Below, piece by piece: positions 22,279-34,915 of a stretch of 64,000 nucleotides of DNA. Within the stretch, counting starts at the first letter, position 1, and each line of letters starts with the position of its first letter. Both the position numbers and the translations under genes were made by a program. Origin of the DNA: Haliotis rufescens (taxonomy: Eukaryota); contig NW_025963802.1 in the NCBI RefSeq assembly GCF_023055435.1, positions 614,355-678,354 of the forward strand. The letters are read 5' to 3'. The notes under the pieces are model-generated. The model was not told where the DNA came from. It was given only the letters and a program-made list of their open reading frames with translations, and made no database searches.

Positions 22279-25200
22279 GGCAATCTGAAACCAATATCAT
22301 ATCATATCACATAGGATTATGCAGTTTGCAATTTTAGTCATAATTCTGAAACATATGGGTCTGGTATAAGTTCTCATGGCCTCATAATAACATAAACCTG
22401 ATTAACTTATGGAAAATACACATAATTCCTGCAATGCCAGGAGTCATACACAGATTAATAAAAATCCTTCTGAATCTCATTCAGTTTTGAAAAAAAGGCG
22501 TGAAAAAAAGACAAGATTTTATAACTGGCCCAAACTCAACGCATGGGCAAAATAAAATGTTTTCTGTGCAGACAAAAAGTGATCTGTTCATCGCCCAAAA
22601 TATACAGTACCAACCTGAAACTGCCACTGCTGAGTAGTCATATCCATCAACATGATACAAATAGCCTTAGAACAAAATATTCAACACGGATAGATACCAT
22701 TGGTCATATTCAATTAAATCTCATCTCTGACTAGTCGTAGGGAATATAGATCTACCGCCCAAAGTCTTTCCCCATGTTTATACGGTAAAGCGTAATATCA
22801 CGAGATTTGGGGGAAAACAACGTGTACCTCTTTCTCTACTTTAGTGACCTTGTGTAGCCCTGACAATCCTCTACAATTCCAAAAACTGTCGGACCCTAAA
22901 TATCAGTCATAAAGATGACGACGTGTAACAATATGTCAGGTAGTCGGAGGTCTTTAGGAACCTAACATTTCTGACAAACGACTCTGTGAGCTCAAGATAT
23001 AAGGCAACAGCAGCCTGAACAATCGTGTAAGCTAACCAAATTAGACCTTCCCTCTTCTGTCGTCTGCAATAGATCAATGACATTATTTTTGGAACGGGGC
23101 AATTCAGTCTTGACTGCAAATGTTCCAAACACAAATGCTGTCAACATGTCAGGGTAGCCTATGGAAGCATGCCGAGTTTGAAGTTTCATTGAAGTTTACT
23201 TTGATCTGTCACAACTGGTGTTGTATCAGTGACAACAGCAATTAAGACATTCGGCACACAGACAAACTTCAACGGCTGGACCATTCACACCTACAACGCT
23301 CTCACCTTTATTTCATATGATGTCACTCGGTTGTTCGTGAGATACGCAAGTCTTTTCGAAGAGGCTTTGAATATAACCTTGGACCAGTCCATTTAGACGG
23401 TAGGGAGCGTGCGATGGGGAGTGTCACCTGTCACTTATTTTGGATATCTATTCTATGTCGAACGTTGAAAAGTGGTGTGTAAGTTAAACCTTACACATGT
23501 GCATATCAAATAACTGCTTAAAAGTTTGTTTTATCAAACTAACATGACCAGTCTTGTGTTTTCATGATTTGGCATAATGTGGACTATTCCATTTTTGCAT
23601 CGCACCCGGAATATCAGTTGCGGATGCCTTTGGCGCGGAATCTGTGCGTTTGATTCTCATGCAGCAAAGATTAACAATTCTCACAGATAATGGAATTCAT
23701 TTATTAGTTTTAAAAATCAAAAGTTATTGGAAATAGATTATGTATTTAACAATGTAATGTAAGAACACCACGCTCTGGTTTGTGTGTAAAAATATTTCAA
23801 ATTATCTTCTCTTTTCCGACACAAGCATAGCTAGGTCTTATACTATTTGTAAGACGACGATAACATGTACTAAAACTGTTATTTTGGCTCTGCGTGATGA
23901 AAAAAATAATAACAGAATTCATATGATTGATATCCAATTAGATCAGCACCAGCTAAGAACAGTGTTCGAAATAACTGCTTGCCCGCCTGCCCGTGGATGG
24001 TAACTTTTCTGTTGGGCTGCATGAAATTTTTTCCACCTGCCAGATAATTTTAAGACTATAACATATTCAGTTTTATTATAACTCCTCACATATTCTCAAG
24101 TAATTGTTTGCATTATTTCAACTGAATCACGATGCGATATATTTATTAGTATTCGAGATTTTTCAATATTTATAATGTCTGAATGCGGGCAGGTAACTTT
24201 GAAGACGGGCAGGCAACACTTATGGGTCTCTTGCCCTATGGTCTTGTTGGGTTTCAAAATTGGCTAAGAAAATAGATCTAAATTCAGCTATAGTAAGGGA
24301 GGTTTTCTATGTCCCAACTTTTGGCCGAATATGTGAAATCTTGTTGTGTCTTGAACGATATCCGTACCCGCCCCGTAACACAGAAAGCGGAATTGTGCTT
24401 GTCACAATATATGTAATAAACGCGGCTGTTTGTCATACAGGATTTGTTATTTACATGTTTGTTCTACTTTTTACAGATATGTACACACAAATAAGTTCAA
24501 ATAGTTGTACCGATGTTATAATTATAATAGGTCAGTGTGTGTCTGTTTTAATTATGCTTTTGAACTGTTTCCAGATATATATTTTTTTTTTCTTGTGTTT
24601 ATATACTAATGTGTTATAATATTCTATAATGTATATGGTCAGCATCTTTCATATACGAGTTAAGACTGTCACAAAGAACATATATGGCTTTTATTGAAAG
24701 CATAATAATTTTACATTCATTTTTTTCTGAATCCAGACCCCCATCTGCCACCAATCCCCCCGTCCCCCGTCCCCACCTACGACCTCAACCCCGCCCACCT
24801 TTCCCTCTCCCCCTCCTAAACAGATTATTCCCAGTCCCCGACTCCCCAACCCCAATGGCCTTGACTTGCAGCGCAAGGTGTGACGTTCTGATGACAACGT
24901 TTACCGCATCCAGGATTCCTGGTGTCAGACACCCCGGTGATTCTCACAACCGAGGGGTGATGGGAGCAGATACGAGATAACTAAGCCCCATAAATAACAG
25001 GATTGGACACAAACTAGACACGAGCTGGACACATCGGAGCAAGTCTCGTAAACAGACAGTCAAGAGCAATTTTGCTGTATAAACACATTGTAAGTGTCAA
25101 TCAAATTGGATTATCAGTGGCTGGGATGAGGGACTTCCCGTCTTCAGCCTCTTACTGTTTTACAAGCATGACTCTAAACAAGCAGCTCCGATCTTTCAAC

Positions 25201-25297
25201 ATGCTCTCACAGGGAGAGTCTCTTGTGTCAGATGTGTCATGAAAATAATTATAAACAAAACTGACATTCATTCATTCATTCATTCATTCGTTCATTC

Positions 25298-25575
25298 GGG
25301 GGCACGGGTGGCCCAGTCATCTAAAGCGCCGCGATTCGCTGTGCAGAGCTGCGTCCCCTGGACACGCCAGAAATCTATGATTGTGGGTTCGAATCCCGGT
25401 TCGCCCCGATTATGTTTCTAGGTTTGTCAGCACCAACCCGTGCTCGTGGGTTTCACCGAAGTGGTAAACGTCTGAGACCTGCATCACTTCGGGCTTTCCT
25501 CCCACATTTAGCTGACACGCTGTGATATAACTGGAATACTGTTAAAAGCGGCGTTAAAACTCACTCACTCACTCC
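25298..25575 (+). mobile_element. SINE family B, a full-length copy of about 278 bp. A (CATT)n microsatellite precedes it.
   Basis: Reads gggggcacgggtggcccagtcatctaaagcgccgcgattcgctgtgcagagctgcgtcccctggacacgccagaaatctatgattgtgggttcgaatcccggttcgcccc ... aaaactcactcactcactc. Confidence 0.85.
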
Positions 25576-27203
25576 TGCATTTCGTTTTAACAAAACAAAA
25601 TATATAAAGTCTCTCGGTATGTTCGAGAATGTATCGCTATATGTGTAAGTGTTCCGTATTTCTTTGTTAGTTTCCAAGAGTTGTTGGGAATGTTGCCACA
25701 AATTTACAACATTTCAAACATGCTAGGGGTCATGTGGTTGCAAGTTAATTTCTTACCCCACGCTTCATTGAAACAATTTATTTTTACGCAAAATTACCCA
25801 CCCACAGATTACTTTTTACAAACTGTTGCAGGAATGAGTGATGTTTAAATAGACATATAGTCAAATTTGGCAACGTTGTTCATTCAATTTTCATTTGCAC
25901 ACAAAAACAATCTCGGTATGCTTCTTTTGTCCCTTAGTTTATTACCTCACAAGCGACGTGCTCCAAGATTTGTTAAAACGTGTTTGTTACTGTCAATGTG
26001 TTAAATGACTGACATTTTCATTTAGGTTTACAAAAAGCCTAAATATATCAGTCCTTTTTCAAATTAAATGAACAAACTATGTTATAATGATAACGAATTC
26101 CAAACATTTTGATGTTGAATTTTATGTATATTTTATATTTGTTTTGGCTTCTCGTCCTAACATAATTAGTCTTTTGTGGTGTTTTTAAGCCCTTTTCAAT
26201 TTCTTAATATTATTTAGCCAACATGTCAAATATATAGACAATTTTCAATCAATTTTTTAAACGACTGAAATATTTAGGAATTTTGTAAATTGCCAAAGTG
26301 AATTACATTTTACATTGGCAGTAATCTGCATTATGTATTGGTAATCTGAAGAAAGTTACAGGAAAATAGGTTACACAAAAATATTATAGATTTGGGTAGG
26401 AAAATAATATACAGGACAAAAGTTTTAAAACTCAAATTATTTATGGCATTCTTGGAATTTTATTTGATACACAATATTTTATATACATAACACCGTATTT
26501 AATTCATAGTTGAATGTTGCTTGTGGAGTCTGATATTACAACCAACTCCTTGCAGAAATTCAACAACAGATTTTCGGCCTTCAGAGATGTCCAGGCGCAA
26601 ATTCCTAAAGGTTTTTGAAGACGGACTAACTTCCTCTTCACCCTCTTCACAGAAGGACTGCCGATGACATCTTGTGTTAGACGGTGGCGATGGTTTCATT
26701 TTCAATCTGAAACAATTCGATGGTTCGCCACACGATGGGATGGCGGTAGTCCTGTACCCTGACTGTGGAATATATTTATTTTATGAAAAAAACAAAAACG
26801 ATCTAGATATGTATACAAAAGCAAGCTTAGTCAGCGCTAGCCAGCTCTATTCCACAAAATCGGGGGAAATTAGTTGAGAAGGGTATTGTGCAAAAATGTT
26901 TACAATAATTTATGCATTTATCGATACAATTACAATTTTCGGTAACTCTTTTTCTTGCACCTTTTCTTCCGACAATCCATGTATTTTAGCAGATTTCATG
27001 TACAGCAGCTTCATTTGTTTTAACTATCTTGCATGAAGTGGGGATTTCAATACAAATATACACTCAGCTTCTATACAAAAGAGGCGTGCGTTAATATCTG
27101 CATATATTATGATTATGTATATTCTCTGTGTATACTGTTTGTATACTCTGTGTCAACGCTTGCTTTGAATACTAAAGGGGGGAACGGAAGGGGGTGGGGA
27201 GGG

Positions 27204-27204
27204 T

Positions 27205-27235
<31 letters not shown>

Positions 27236-27375
27236 GGGGGGGGGTCGTACCTAACGTTTCGATCCATAGCTTGTGTCACCAGTGACATCATTGGAGAGGG
27301 CGGAGGGGTAATACTGATAAAGACAAGTATTGCGGGCGTGCATGCATGGGGGGGGGGGGGGGGGGGGGGGGGGGG
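27204..27375 (+). repeat. A (GT)n tract plus two homopolymer G runs (27219-27244 and 27348-27375) separated by about 100 bp.
   Basis: Direct reading. The poly-Pro and poly-Gly ORFs here are artefacts. Confidence 0.9.
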
Positions 27376-27584
27376 ATTATGCAACTGTGTCTAGTAACGC
27401 AAAGGAAAGATATGTTGAATAAAACAGGAAAATATTGCGAGCATGCATGATTGGGTGGAATATTTGTGCGGTGGTGAAAGTGAGGGATATCACTATCCCC
27501 TAAGAATTCCACGCGAGTGTCTTTGGTCCTACCTGACACATGCGCATTTTATATGTTGATCTGTCATTGGTGTCCCGGTGTCCA

Positions 27585-27858
27585 CGAGTGAGTGAGTGAG
27601 TTTGGTTTAACGCCGCTTTTAACAGTATTCCAGTTATTTCGCGGCGTGTCAGCTTTATGTGGGTGGAAAGCCCGAAGTGATGCAGGTCTCAGACGTTTAC
27701 CACTTCGGTGAAACCCACGAGCACGGGTATGGTGCTGACAAACCTAGAAACATAATTGGGGCGAACCGGGATTCGAACCTACAATCATAGGTGTCTGGCG
27801 TGCCCAAGCGCCGAAACTCTGCACAGCGAATCGCGGCGCCTTAGACGACTGGACCCGT
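27585..27858 (-). mobile_element. SINE family B copy.
   Basis: Sequence identity. Confidence 0.8.
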
Positions 27859-28860
27859 CGTATAGTTTGGATATTGCTCAATGCGGCGTTAATCAAACAA
27901 ACAAACAAACATGTAAGCTGTTATTGTCCAGCCAGATGTTTAGAGATTTTATAAGCACCTATGGAGATATATTATTGAAATATTTTGAGCTGTAAGCAAG
28001 GATGAAACAGAAATGATATAAAATATTCCATGGCATGCCGTCATCTCGTCATATACAGTAAACTACGTTTATAACGATCACGCTTACAACGAACCGACGG
28101 ATATAACGAACTGTTTCTTGGTACCGTCCATTTTCTCTATATATGTTGTACATATGCTTATAACGAACTATAATATATTATAACGAACTGAAAATAGTGG
28201 TCCATTTGAGTTCGTTATAACCGTAGTTTACTGTATGTAGAAATGCTGATTGTGGTAAACTTGTTTGTATCACCGACGATGCTGATGCTGTTCTGTTACG
28301 TAGTTCCAGACGCCGTCCACTGATCCGACACGCACTGGTTCTCATCATGATAAAAAGCACGTGTGTCACGGGGGAGGTGCTGACGATGCAATAAAACAAC
28401 TGTTATACAATTGCTGACCGCAGTAACTGCCGGACCTGTCACAGAGGAAGCAGCTGATATCGCCCTGCATATTTGGGTTTTGTTTATGTGTCTGGGAGTG
28501 AATAAACATGAATCTGACCATGTGTATCTCCCGCATTATGCAAACTGTCTGCGATCTTCGCGCGCGTGTCGGTTGGGGAGGGCGTGGGGTGGGGTTGCAA
28601 CTTGGAAAAAACAACAACCCTGAGAAGAATCAAGAGTCAAGAATATTTATTGTACAGAACACCCTCGTAGGGCAGGGTACAAACTATCTACATTTGGAAT
28701 AAATATTATCATAGACATGAGAGGTAGATATACATAATGTACATTATATATAGAGATACTAGATATTATTTTCATTCACAGTGTAATTCCCTGACAGATA
28801 TATTTCCTGTGAGTGAGCGTTGGATGTCCGACAGATCTCCATTTGTGGTTGTTACATGTA

Positions 28861-28922
28861 GATAAGATAAGATAAGATAATATTTATTGCAGAAACGTTC
28901 CATTACGGGACAGATGCAATTA
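28861..28922 (+). repeat. Left arm of an inverted-repeat pair of about 60 bp (gataagataagataatatttattgcagaaacgttccattacgggacagatgcaatt).
   Basis: Its reverse complement is found at 30293-30355. Confidence 0.85.
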
Positions 28923-29759
28923 TAAATACAGAGAAGAGTTCGTTCCCAGGGGCGGTTTTAATAAACATTCTTAGAGTGCTAAAGAGGTCTTAAGTCTGAG
29001 AAAAGTCTGTGAAATACCAAAAGTTACGAATCATTTTCGCGAATGAAGAGTATTCTGAAATCTGAAGACAATTCTGAGAATGTTTATGAATACGTCCCCC
29101 AAATACCCAGATGTATGCCGGAATATTGGCCACCTCGGTCTGCTTCGATGTCAAGCATTCACCCACCTACTCACTCACTGACTCACGTAAAGACTTACAG
29201 TTTAGCTGTATGTCACCATCACACACTTCAAGACAAGAGCCAGACCAGAGCCTGACAGGTTTGTATGAGGCGCAACGTGCGGGGGTCGCATTGTCCAAGG
29301 TCACAGCCCGGCACTCCTCCACTGTACGTGGTCGCCATCTTCCTGTTTGGGACTGGAATGTTCATGCTTGCTGATGGGTATATGTTCAATTTAGATAAAA
29401 AATGTCCCCGTGTCTACAAGTTGTCAAAGTGTTAGTACAGGCGCTAACAGGCCTGACCTCGCGGTTACAATGCGGTCAGAGACCAATAAACCAGGAGACT
29501 GAGACCCCCATTGCTCTGCTTCACATCGTCCTGCTTCAGCGTTCCTGTGACACATTCCACGATTTAAAGATTACCCTTGCCCTGCTAAAACTAATGATAT
29601 CGTAACATATACTCACTGATGCACGTTAAACATGCTAAACACATACCACACATTTGCACAGGAGTTATACGATGCATCATCAATCAAATCTAAATTCAAC
29701 TCCCTCTTCAAGGAATCTCTTCAAGATGTAAATACAACAAGAGGCACAGGAAACAAACT

Positions 29760-30190
29760 TAGGACATATAGGATAGTTAAAAATGAAATAAAATGAGAAC
29801 CCTATCTCAGTCACTGTAAAGTAAAAAAATATCGAGTCCACTTTTCTAAACTAAGATTAAGTAACCATAAATTAAATATTGAACTTGGAAGACACACAAA
29901 GCCACCAACCCCACTACATCAGAGGCTATGCTCTACATGTTCAATCATTGATAACGAAAAACATTACTTACTTCACTGCATTAAACACACTCGAGAAAGA
30001 AATATACTCTTTGAAAAACTATCCAGACAAAATGTAAATGTAAATGTTCACAGTCATGAAGACAAATTATTTCAATACATCCTATCAAATAATGAAGCAG
30101 TCAATATCAACTGCATTTGTTTCCACATCTATAATTTCAAACAATAAATACCCTTTCATAATCAACCGTTGACATTTTATGTATAAAAAT
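29760..30190 (+). mobile_element. Degenerate 3' terminal fragment of a non-LTR retrotransposon ORF2 of L2/CR1-like type.
   Basis: The frame-shifted translation gives ...KLRTYRIVKNEIK...FSKLRLSNHKLNIELGRHTKPPTPLHQRLCSTCSIIDNEKHYLLHC.... This is the characteristic RLSxHxLxIExGR...RxCxxC...E.HxLxxC C-terminal motif. The interval contains multiple stops and frameshifts. Confidence 0.6.
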
Positions 30191-30292
30191 ATGTAATATT
30201 GATTATTTTGTTTCTGTATGTGTCTACAGGAATGTAAATTATGTATGTCTGTATATATGTATATATAAATCATAATGTCTTGTCTTTTAAAA

Positions 30293-30355
30293 TTGCATCT
30301 GTCCCGTAATGGAACGTTTCTGCAATAAATATTATCTTATCTTATCTTATTATCT
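30293..30355 (-). repeat. Right arm of the inverted-repeat pair.
   Basis: Reverse complement of 28861-28922 with 1-2 mismatches. Confidence 0.85.
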
Positions 30356-30582
30356 TATCATGGCTTGAAGATGTATGTTTATTGTTATTGTTCAAAATAT
30401 AACCCCGCTCCCTTACACGTCGGCATCCGCTGGTCGAATCCAGATTGTGATCGTCAAATTTTTACCCGTTCTCGTGGCTTTCCGTAACGTGTTAATTAAA
30501 CGACTACTCCCTTGGTTATAACCAGTGAATGCGACCTTCGTCACGTTGGACCCGCCATCCTCCCATATGAAACTGACACGCC

Positions 30583-31202
30583 ACTGTAATAATATGACTG
30601 TAATAATGTAGTAATGTCACTGTAATAATGTTATAATATAACTGTAATAATGTAGTAATGTAACTGTAATAATGTACCTTAATAACGTGATAATTTAACT
30701 GTAATAGTGTAATAATGTAACTGGAATAATGTATTAGTGTAATAATGTAGCTGTAATAGTGTAATAATATAACTGTAATAATGTTATAATGTAACTGTAA
30801 TGACGTTACTGCAATAGTGTAATAATGTACCTGTAACAACGTAACTAATAAGGTAATAATGTAACTGTAATTATGTAATTTTAATAATGTAATAATGTAA
30901 CTGCAATAATGTACCTGTAATAGTGTAATACTGTAACTGTAATAATGTTATAATGTAACTTGAATAGTGTAATAATGTACCTGTAATAGTGTAATAATGC
31001 ACCTTTAATAGTGTAATAATGTTACAATGTAACTGTAATAGTGTAATAATGAACATGTAATAGTGTAATAATGTAACTGTAATAATGTAATCCTGCAACT
31101 GTAATGATGTTGTAATATACCTGTAATAGTGTAATAATGTAACTGTAATAGTGTAATAATGTACCTGTGATGGTGTAATAATGCACCTGTAATAGTGTAA
31201 TA
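30583..31202. repeat. 22-bp satellite (GTAATAATGTAACTGTAATAGT)n, left part.
   Basis: Direct reading. The ORFs 30516..30839, 30871..31245 and 31005..31385 are artefacts. Confidence 0.95.
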
Positions 31203-31478
31203 ATGTAAGTTGGTTGGTTGGTCGGTTGGTTGTTTTACGCTGCACTCAGCAATATTCCAGCTATATGACGGCGGTCTGTAAATAATCGTGTCTGGACCAG
31301 ACAATCCACTGATTAATATCATGAGCATCGATCCACGCAATTGGGATCGATGACATGCATCAACCAAGTCAGCGAGCCTGACCACCCGATCCCGTTAGTC
31401 GCCTTTTACGACATGCATAGTCACCTTTAACAGCAAGTATGGGTTGCTGAAGACCTATTCTACCCCGGAATCTTCACT
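31203..31478 (-). mobile_element. Family D interspersed element (SINE-like, about 265 bp). On the sense strand the head is cccgtgaagatccggggtagaataggtcttcagcaacccatgc... and the tail is ...cggcgttaaacaac(aaac/caac)n. This copy is inserted into the 22-bp satellite with a target-site duplication of about 10 bp (taatgtaagt).
   Basis: The satellite is continuous on both sides. The flanks read gtaataatgtaa|g and gataatgtaagtgtaatg. Confidence 0.8.
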
Positions 31479-31848
31479 GGTTGATAATGTAAGTGTAATG
31501 ATGTTACAATGTAACTGTAATAGTGTAATAATGTACCTGTAATCGTGTAATAATGAACATGTAATAATGTAACTGTAATAATGTAATACTGTAGCTGTAA
31601 TAATGTTATAATGTACCTGTAATAGTGTAATAATGTAACTGTAATAGTGTAATAATGTACCTGTAATAGTGTAATAATGTTTCTGTAATAGTGTAATAAT
31701 GTTTCTGTAATAGTGTAATAATGTACGGTAACCTGTAATAGTGTAATACTGTTTCTGTTATAGTGTAATGTACCTGTAATAGTGTAATAATGTAACTGTA
31801 ATAGTGTAATAATGTACCTGTAATAGTGTAACTGTAATAATGTAACTG
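31479..31848. repeat. 22-bp satellite, right part, after the family D SINE insertion.
   Basis: The same monomer as 30583-31202. Confidence 0.95.
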
Positions 31849-32559
31849 CTATACATTATTAAACACTATGTAGAGGATATTCGACCACTTAAAACGCTTT
31901 CCTACTTTTACAGTTTGACAAAATATTTTCTCTAGTGGAAATATTTTGAAAAATAAACTTGGATTCTTTGTAGACTGTGTTTATACCGTGTGAGACGCCC
32001 TTGCGGTGATGCACGAGGAATGCGTTCTCTGTCGCCGTTGCACGTGCACTAAGCTCCGTCGCGAGCTGATATTTACAATGCATGGCTCTTCATGATTTCG
32101 TGGGGACCAAGACGAATAATTTATCAATCGCTTGCACATTGTAAATACACATGCTGACAGGATTATAGGAAATATCGAGCCCAGAGCAAGGATATATATG
32201 TTTTTTTATATAGTTAATGTCACACCATACCTTCAGGTGTCGCCGTAGCTGTGGTCGACAATCTCATGTCCACAAATCTGACGATGCAGGTTCGAACCCC
32301 GCTGGCGACACATGTTTTCCGACAAAATTTGAAATCATTCACTTGTCGAAATATTTAAAAAATAGTTCCTTCAATTCCAAGTGCAAATTAATTGAAATGT
32401 TGATTCAAGATAATCTATACTTGACAATCAACTCGCCATTCCTGAAAAATAATGGAGCGTTTAAACAATACAATGACGTCACGGAAGATTATATTAATAA
32501 TAAGAACAAGTTGTCCCTATAAAAGACTTGCGTCCTTAGGCTGTCCCTTTATCTAGAGA

Positions 32560-32821
32560 CCCGTGAAGATTCCGGGGTAGAATAGGTCTTCAGCAACCCA
32601 TGCTTGCCGTAAAAGGTGACTATGCTTGTCGTAAAAGGCGACTAACGGGATCGGGTGGTCAGGCTCGCTGACTTGGTTGATACATGTCCCAATTGCGTGG
32701 ATCGATGCTCATGATATTAATCAGTGGATTGTATGGTCCAGACTCGATTATTTACAGACCGCCGTCATATAGCTGGAATATTACTGAGTGCGGCGTTAAA
32801 CAACAAACCAACCAACCAACC
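32560..32821 (+). mobile_element. Family D copy with a target-site duplication of about 10 bp (tttatctaga).
   Basis: The flanks read cctttatctagagac|cccgtgaag and ccaaccaacc|tttatctagacttg. Confidence 0.8.
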
Positions 32822-32879
32822 TTTATCTAGACTTGCCTATTATAAGGATAGAACTTACTATACACACATGCACTTATCA

Positions 32880-33245
32880 TTCAATGGAGCCTTGGAGCAA
32901 GGCTAACTACAGAGCGTGGAGCGAGGCTTGCGCATGGAAGCTCCAAGGCTGCACCGAATGATAAGTCCAGGGCCCACTTGCACAAAGCGATCTTAGCACT
33001 ACAACTATTGTAAGCCTATGTAAAAGGATGGGAGTTACAATCATCTTAGCGCTAAGATCGCTTTGTGCAAGTGTGCCCAGGTGTGTAAGTAATTCCATCC
33101 TTATAGTTGTAATAGGAAAGTCTAGATACGGGACAGTCTAATGACGCCAGTCTCTTGGAGGGATAACTTGTTCTTATTATTTATATAATCTTGAAATTAT
33201 GACTTAAATTGATAGTTTTTAAATTAGAGACTTGTGCAAGTCTAG
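32880..33245. repeat. Interspersed repeat family E (ccttgctccaaggct.tactgaaag...caagtctagata.gggacag...cttgttcttag/atatttacataatctagaa.ttatgatttaaac). This copy carries an internal 18-bp-stem palindrome (gcacaaagcgatcttagc...gctaagatcgctttgtgc).
   Basis: Related copies lie at 38045-38215, 51955-52160, 63480-63640 and 63830-63950. Confidence 0.55.
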
Positions 33246-33689
33246 TTCCCACTCTGACTGTTTATTAACAAAGAGGTCATTCCAGCCATCCGAGTCCTCG
33301 CGCCCTTATCAGTAGATCGGAAAGCTCCCGTCTCCCTGTCATATACATTTTCATAAACTATTAGCAACAATTGGAGGCAAATTCCACCGTTCTCGGTCTT
33401 TAAAGACAGGAACGTCCTCATAGACATGTAAACAATGATTGCCCGAAGTAATCGAAAGAGCAAGTTCATATCACAGCTGTGCCACGATTTCCTGTCTATT
33501 AGTTGTCTTACTAGTCTGTCTCACACTCCCTGAACAATATTATTTTCCTCCCGTAACCCCCTCCATCCCCTCCTGTAATAAAGCAAGTCTAGATTTTCCA
33601 CAGGTTCGGGTCTGAATCTCCCATCTCACTGAGGCTCCTTTTCAATTTAAATGAACTTGTTTCTTTCTACCACATGTATATTTTTTCTG

Positions 33690-34210
33690 ATACTAAGCGT
33701 TAGTCTAGCTGTCTTAGACTAACATCTAGTCTCTGAAAAGAACATATCGTACAGAAAAAAAACATTTGTTCAATTATGTTAATAAAAATATAATAAAAGG
33801 GAGCCCAGAGACTCTCTTCATTTTCTGGTACTGCAGTAATCTAGACTTGCCAAACATTATAGACTTGCATGGGTTGTATTTGATATATATTTGTATCAGG
33901 GTCTGTAAGACAGACTCTAGTTGTCCATGCCTACACATTTCAACATATGACTCTTGTTTTATATGAAACCGCCGACGTTCTGTTGTAAAGAAATTGGGTT
34001 GGGTCGATAACTCATGTGGTACGGGATGGTCTTGACTAACATCTTGTCTCTGAAATGAACATATCTTACAGAAAAAAAGTTGTAATATTATCTTAATAAA
34101 AAGAAGCCCAGAGACACTCTTCATACTGCAGTAATCTAGACTTGCGAAACATTATAGACTTGCATGGGCTGTTTTCGATATATTTGTATCAGGGTCTGTG
34201 TGACAGACTA
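33690..34210. repeat. Local tandem duplication of two blocks of about 200 bp about 310 bp apart (repeat family F: ...tctctgaaa.gaacatatc.tacagaaaaaaa...cccagagac.ctcttcat..tgcagtaatctagacttgc.aaacattatagacttgcatggg...gatatat.tgtatcagggtctgt...gacagact).
   Basis: Related inverted copies lie at 40270-40650 and 36990-37140. Confidence 0.6.
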
Positions 34211-34489
34211 AGTCCCACGCGCCGCCTCTTCACATCACTATGCAACGTGATACCGTATACATCCCACTCACTATTTTCCAAGGAACCGGCGATGAGATGT
34301 AGTGATGACAGAAGCATGCACTGTTCAGACTCCACGGAGAGGGCCAATAAATATGCCTGTCATTTGAAACTTTATAAAAGAATAAATACATAATAATCGA
34401 CAAATTAAACACTATGAAAAAAATAAAATATTTGATAATTGACAATCAGGATTTATAAATTGTTTCAGAATATCTGACAACATCTCCAC

Positions 34490-34915
34490 AATGTACCCAA
34501 CATCCGACCCTATCAGAACAGTGAGACCCTTCCTTCTGTACAGTCCGACCCACACAACAGAAACTAGTGTACAGTCATTCCTACTCAGCTGTAGCTGGTG
34601 TACAGTCCGACCCACACAACAGAAACTAGTGTACAGTCAAACCCTCCGAACAGTGGCTTTGTACAGTCATACCCTCCAAACAGTGGCTGCTGTACAATCT
34701 GACCCATCCAACAGTATCTGTGTACAGTCAAACCCTCCAAACACTGGCTGCTGTACAATCTGACCCATCCAACAGTATCTGTGTACAGTCAGACCCTCCC
34801 AACAGTAGCTGGTGTACAATCTGACCCATCCAACAGTATCTGTGTACAGTCAGACCCTCCCAACAGTAGCTGGTGTACAATCTGACCCATCCAACAGTAG
34901 GCTGATCAGTGGACA
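34490..34915. repeat. Tandem repeat with a unit of about 61 bp (ctgtgtacagtcagaccctcccaacagtagctggtgtacaatctgacccatccaacagtat).
   Basis: About 6-7 units can be read directly, with the units to the right being more homogeneous. Confidence 0.85.

Noticed and set aside
27172-27539. Poly-Pro and poly-Gly ORFs.
   Set aside because: They are translations of homopolymer G/C runs.
30516-31385. ORFs of 107-126 aa with (LLHYY/ITVT)n.
   Set aside because: They are artefacts of the 22-bp satellite.
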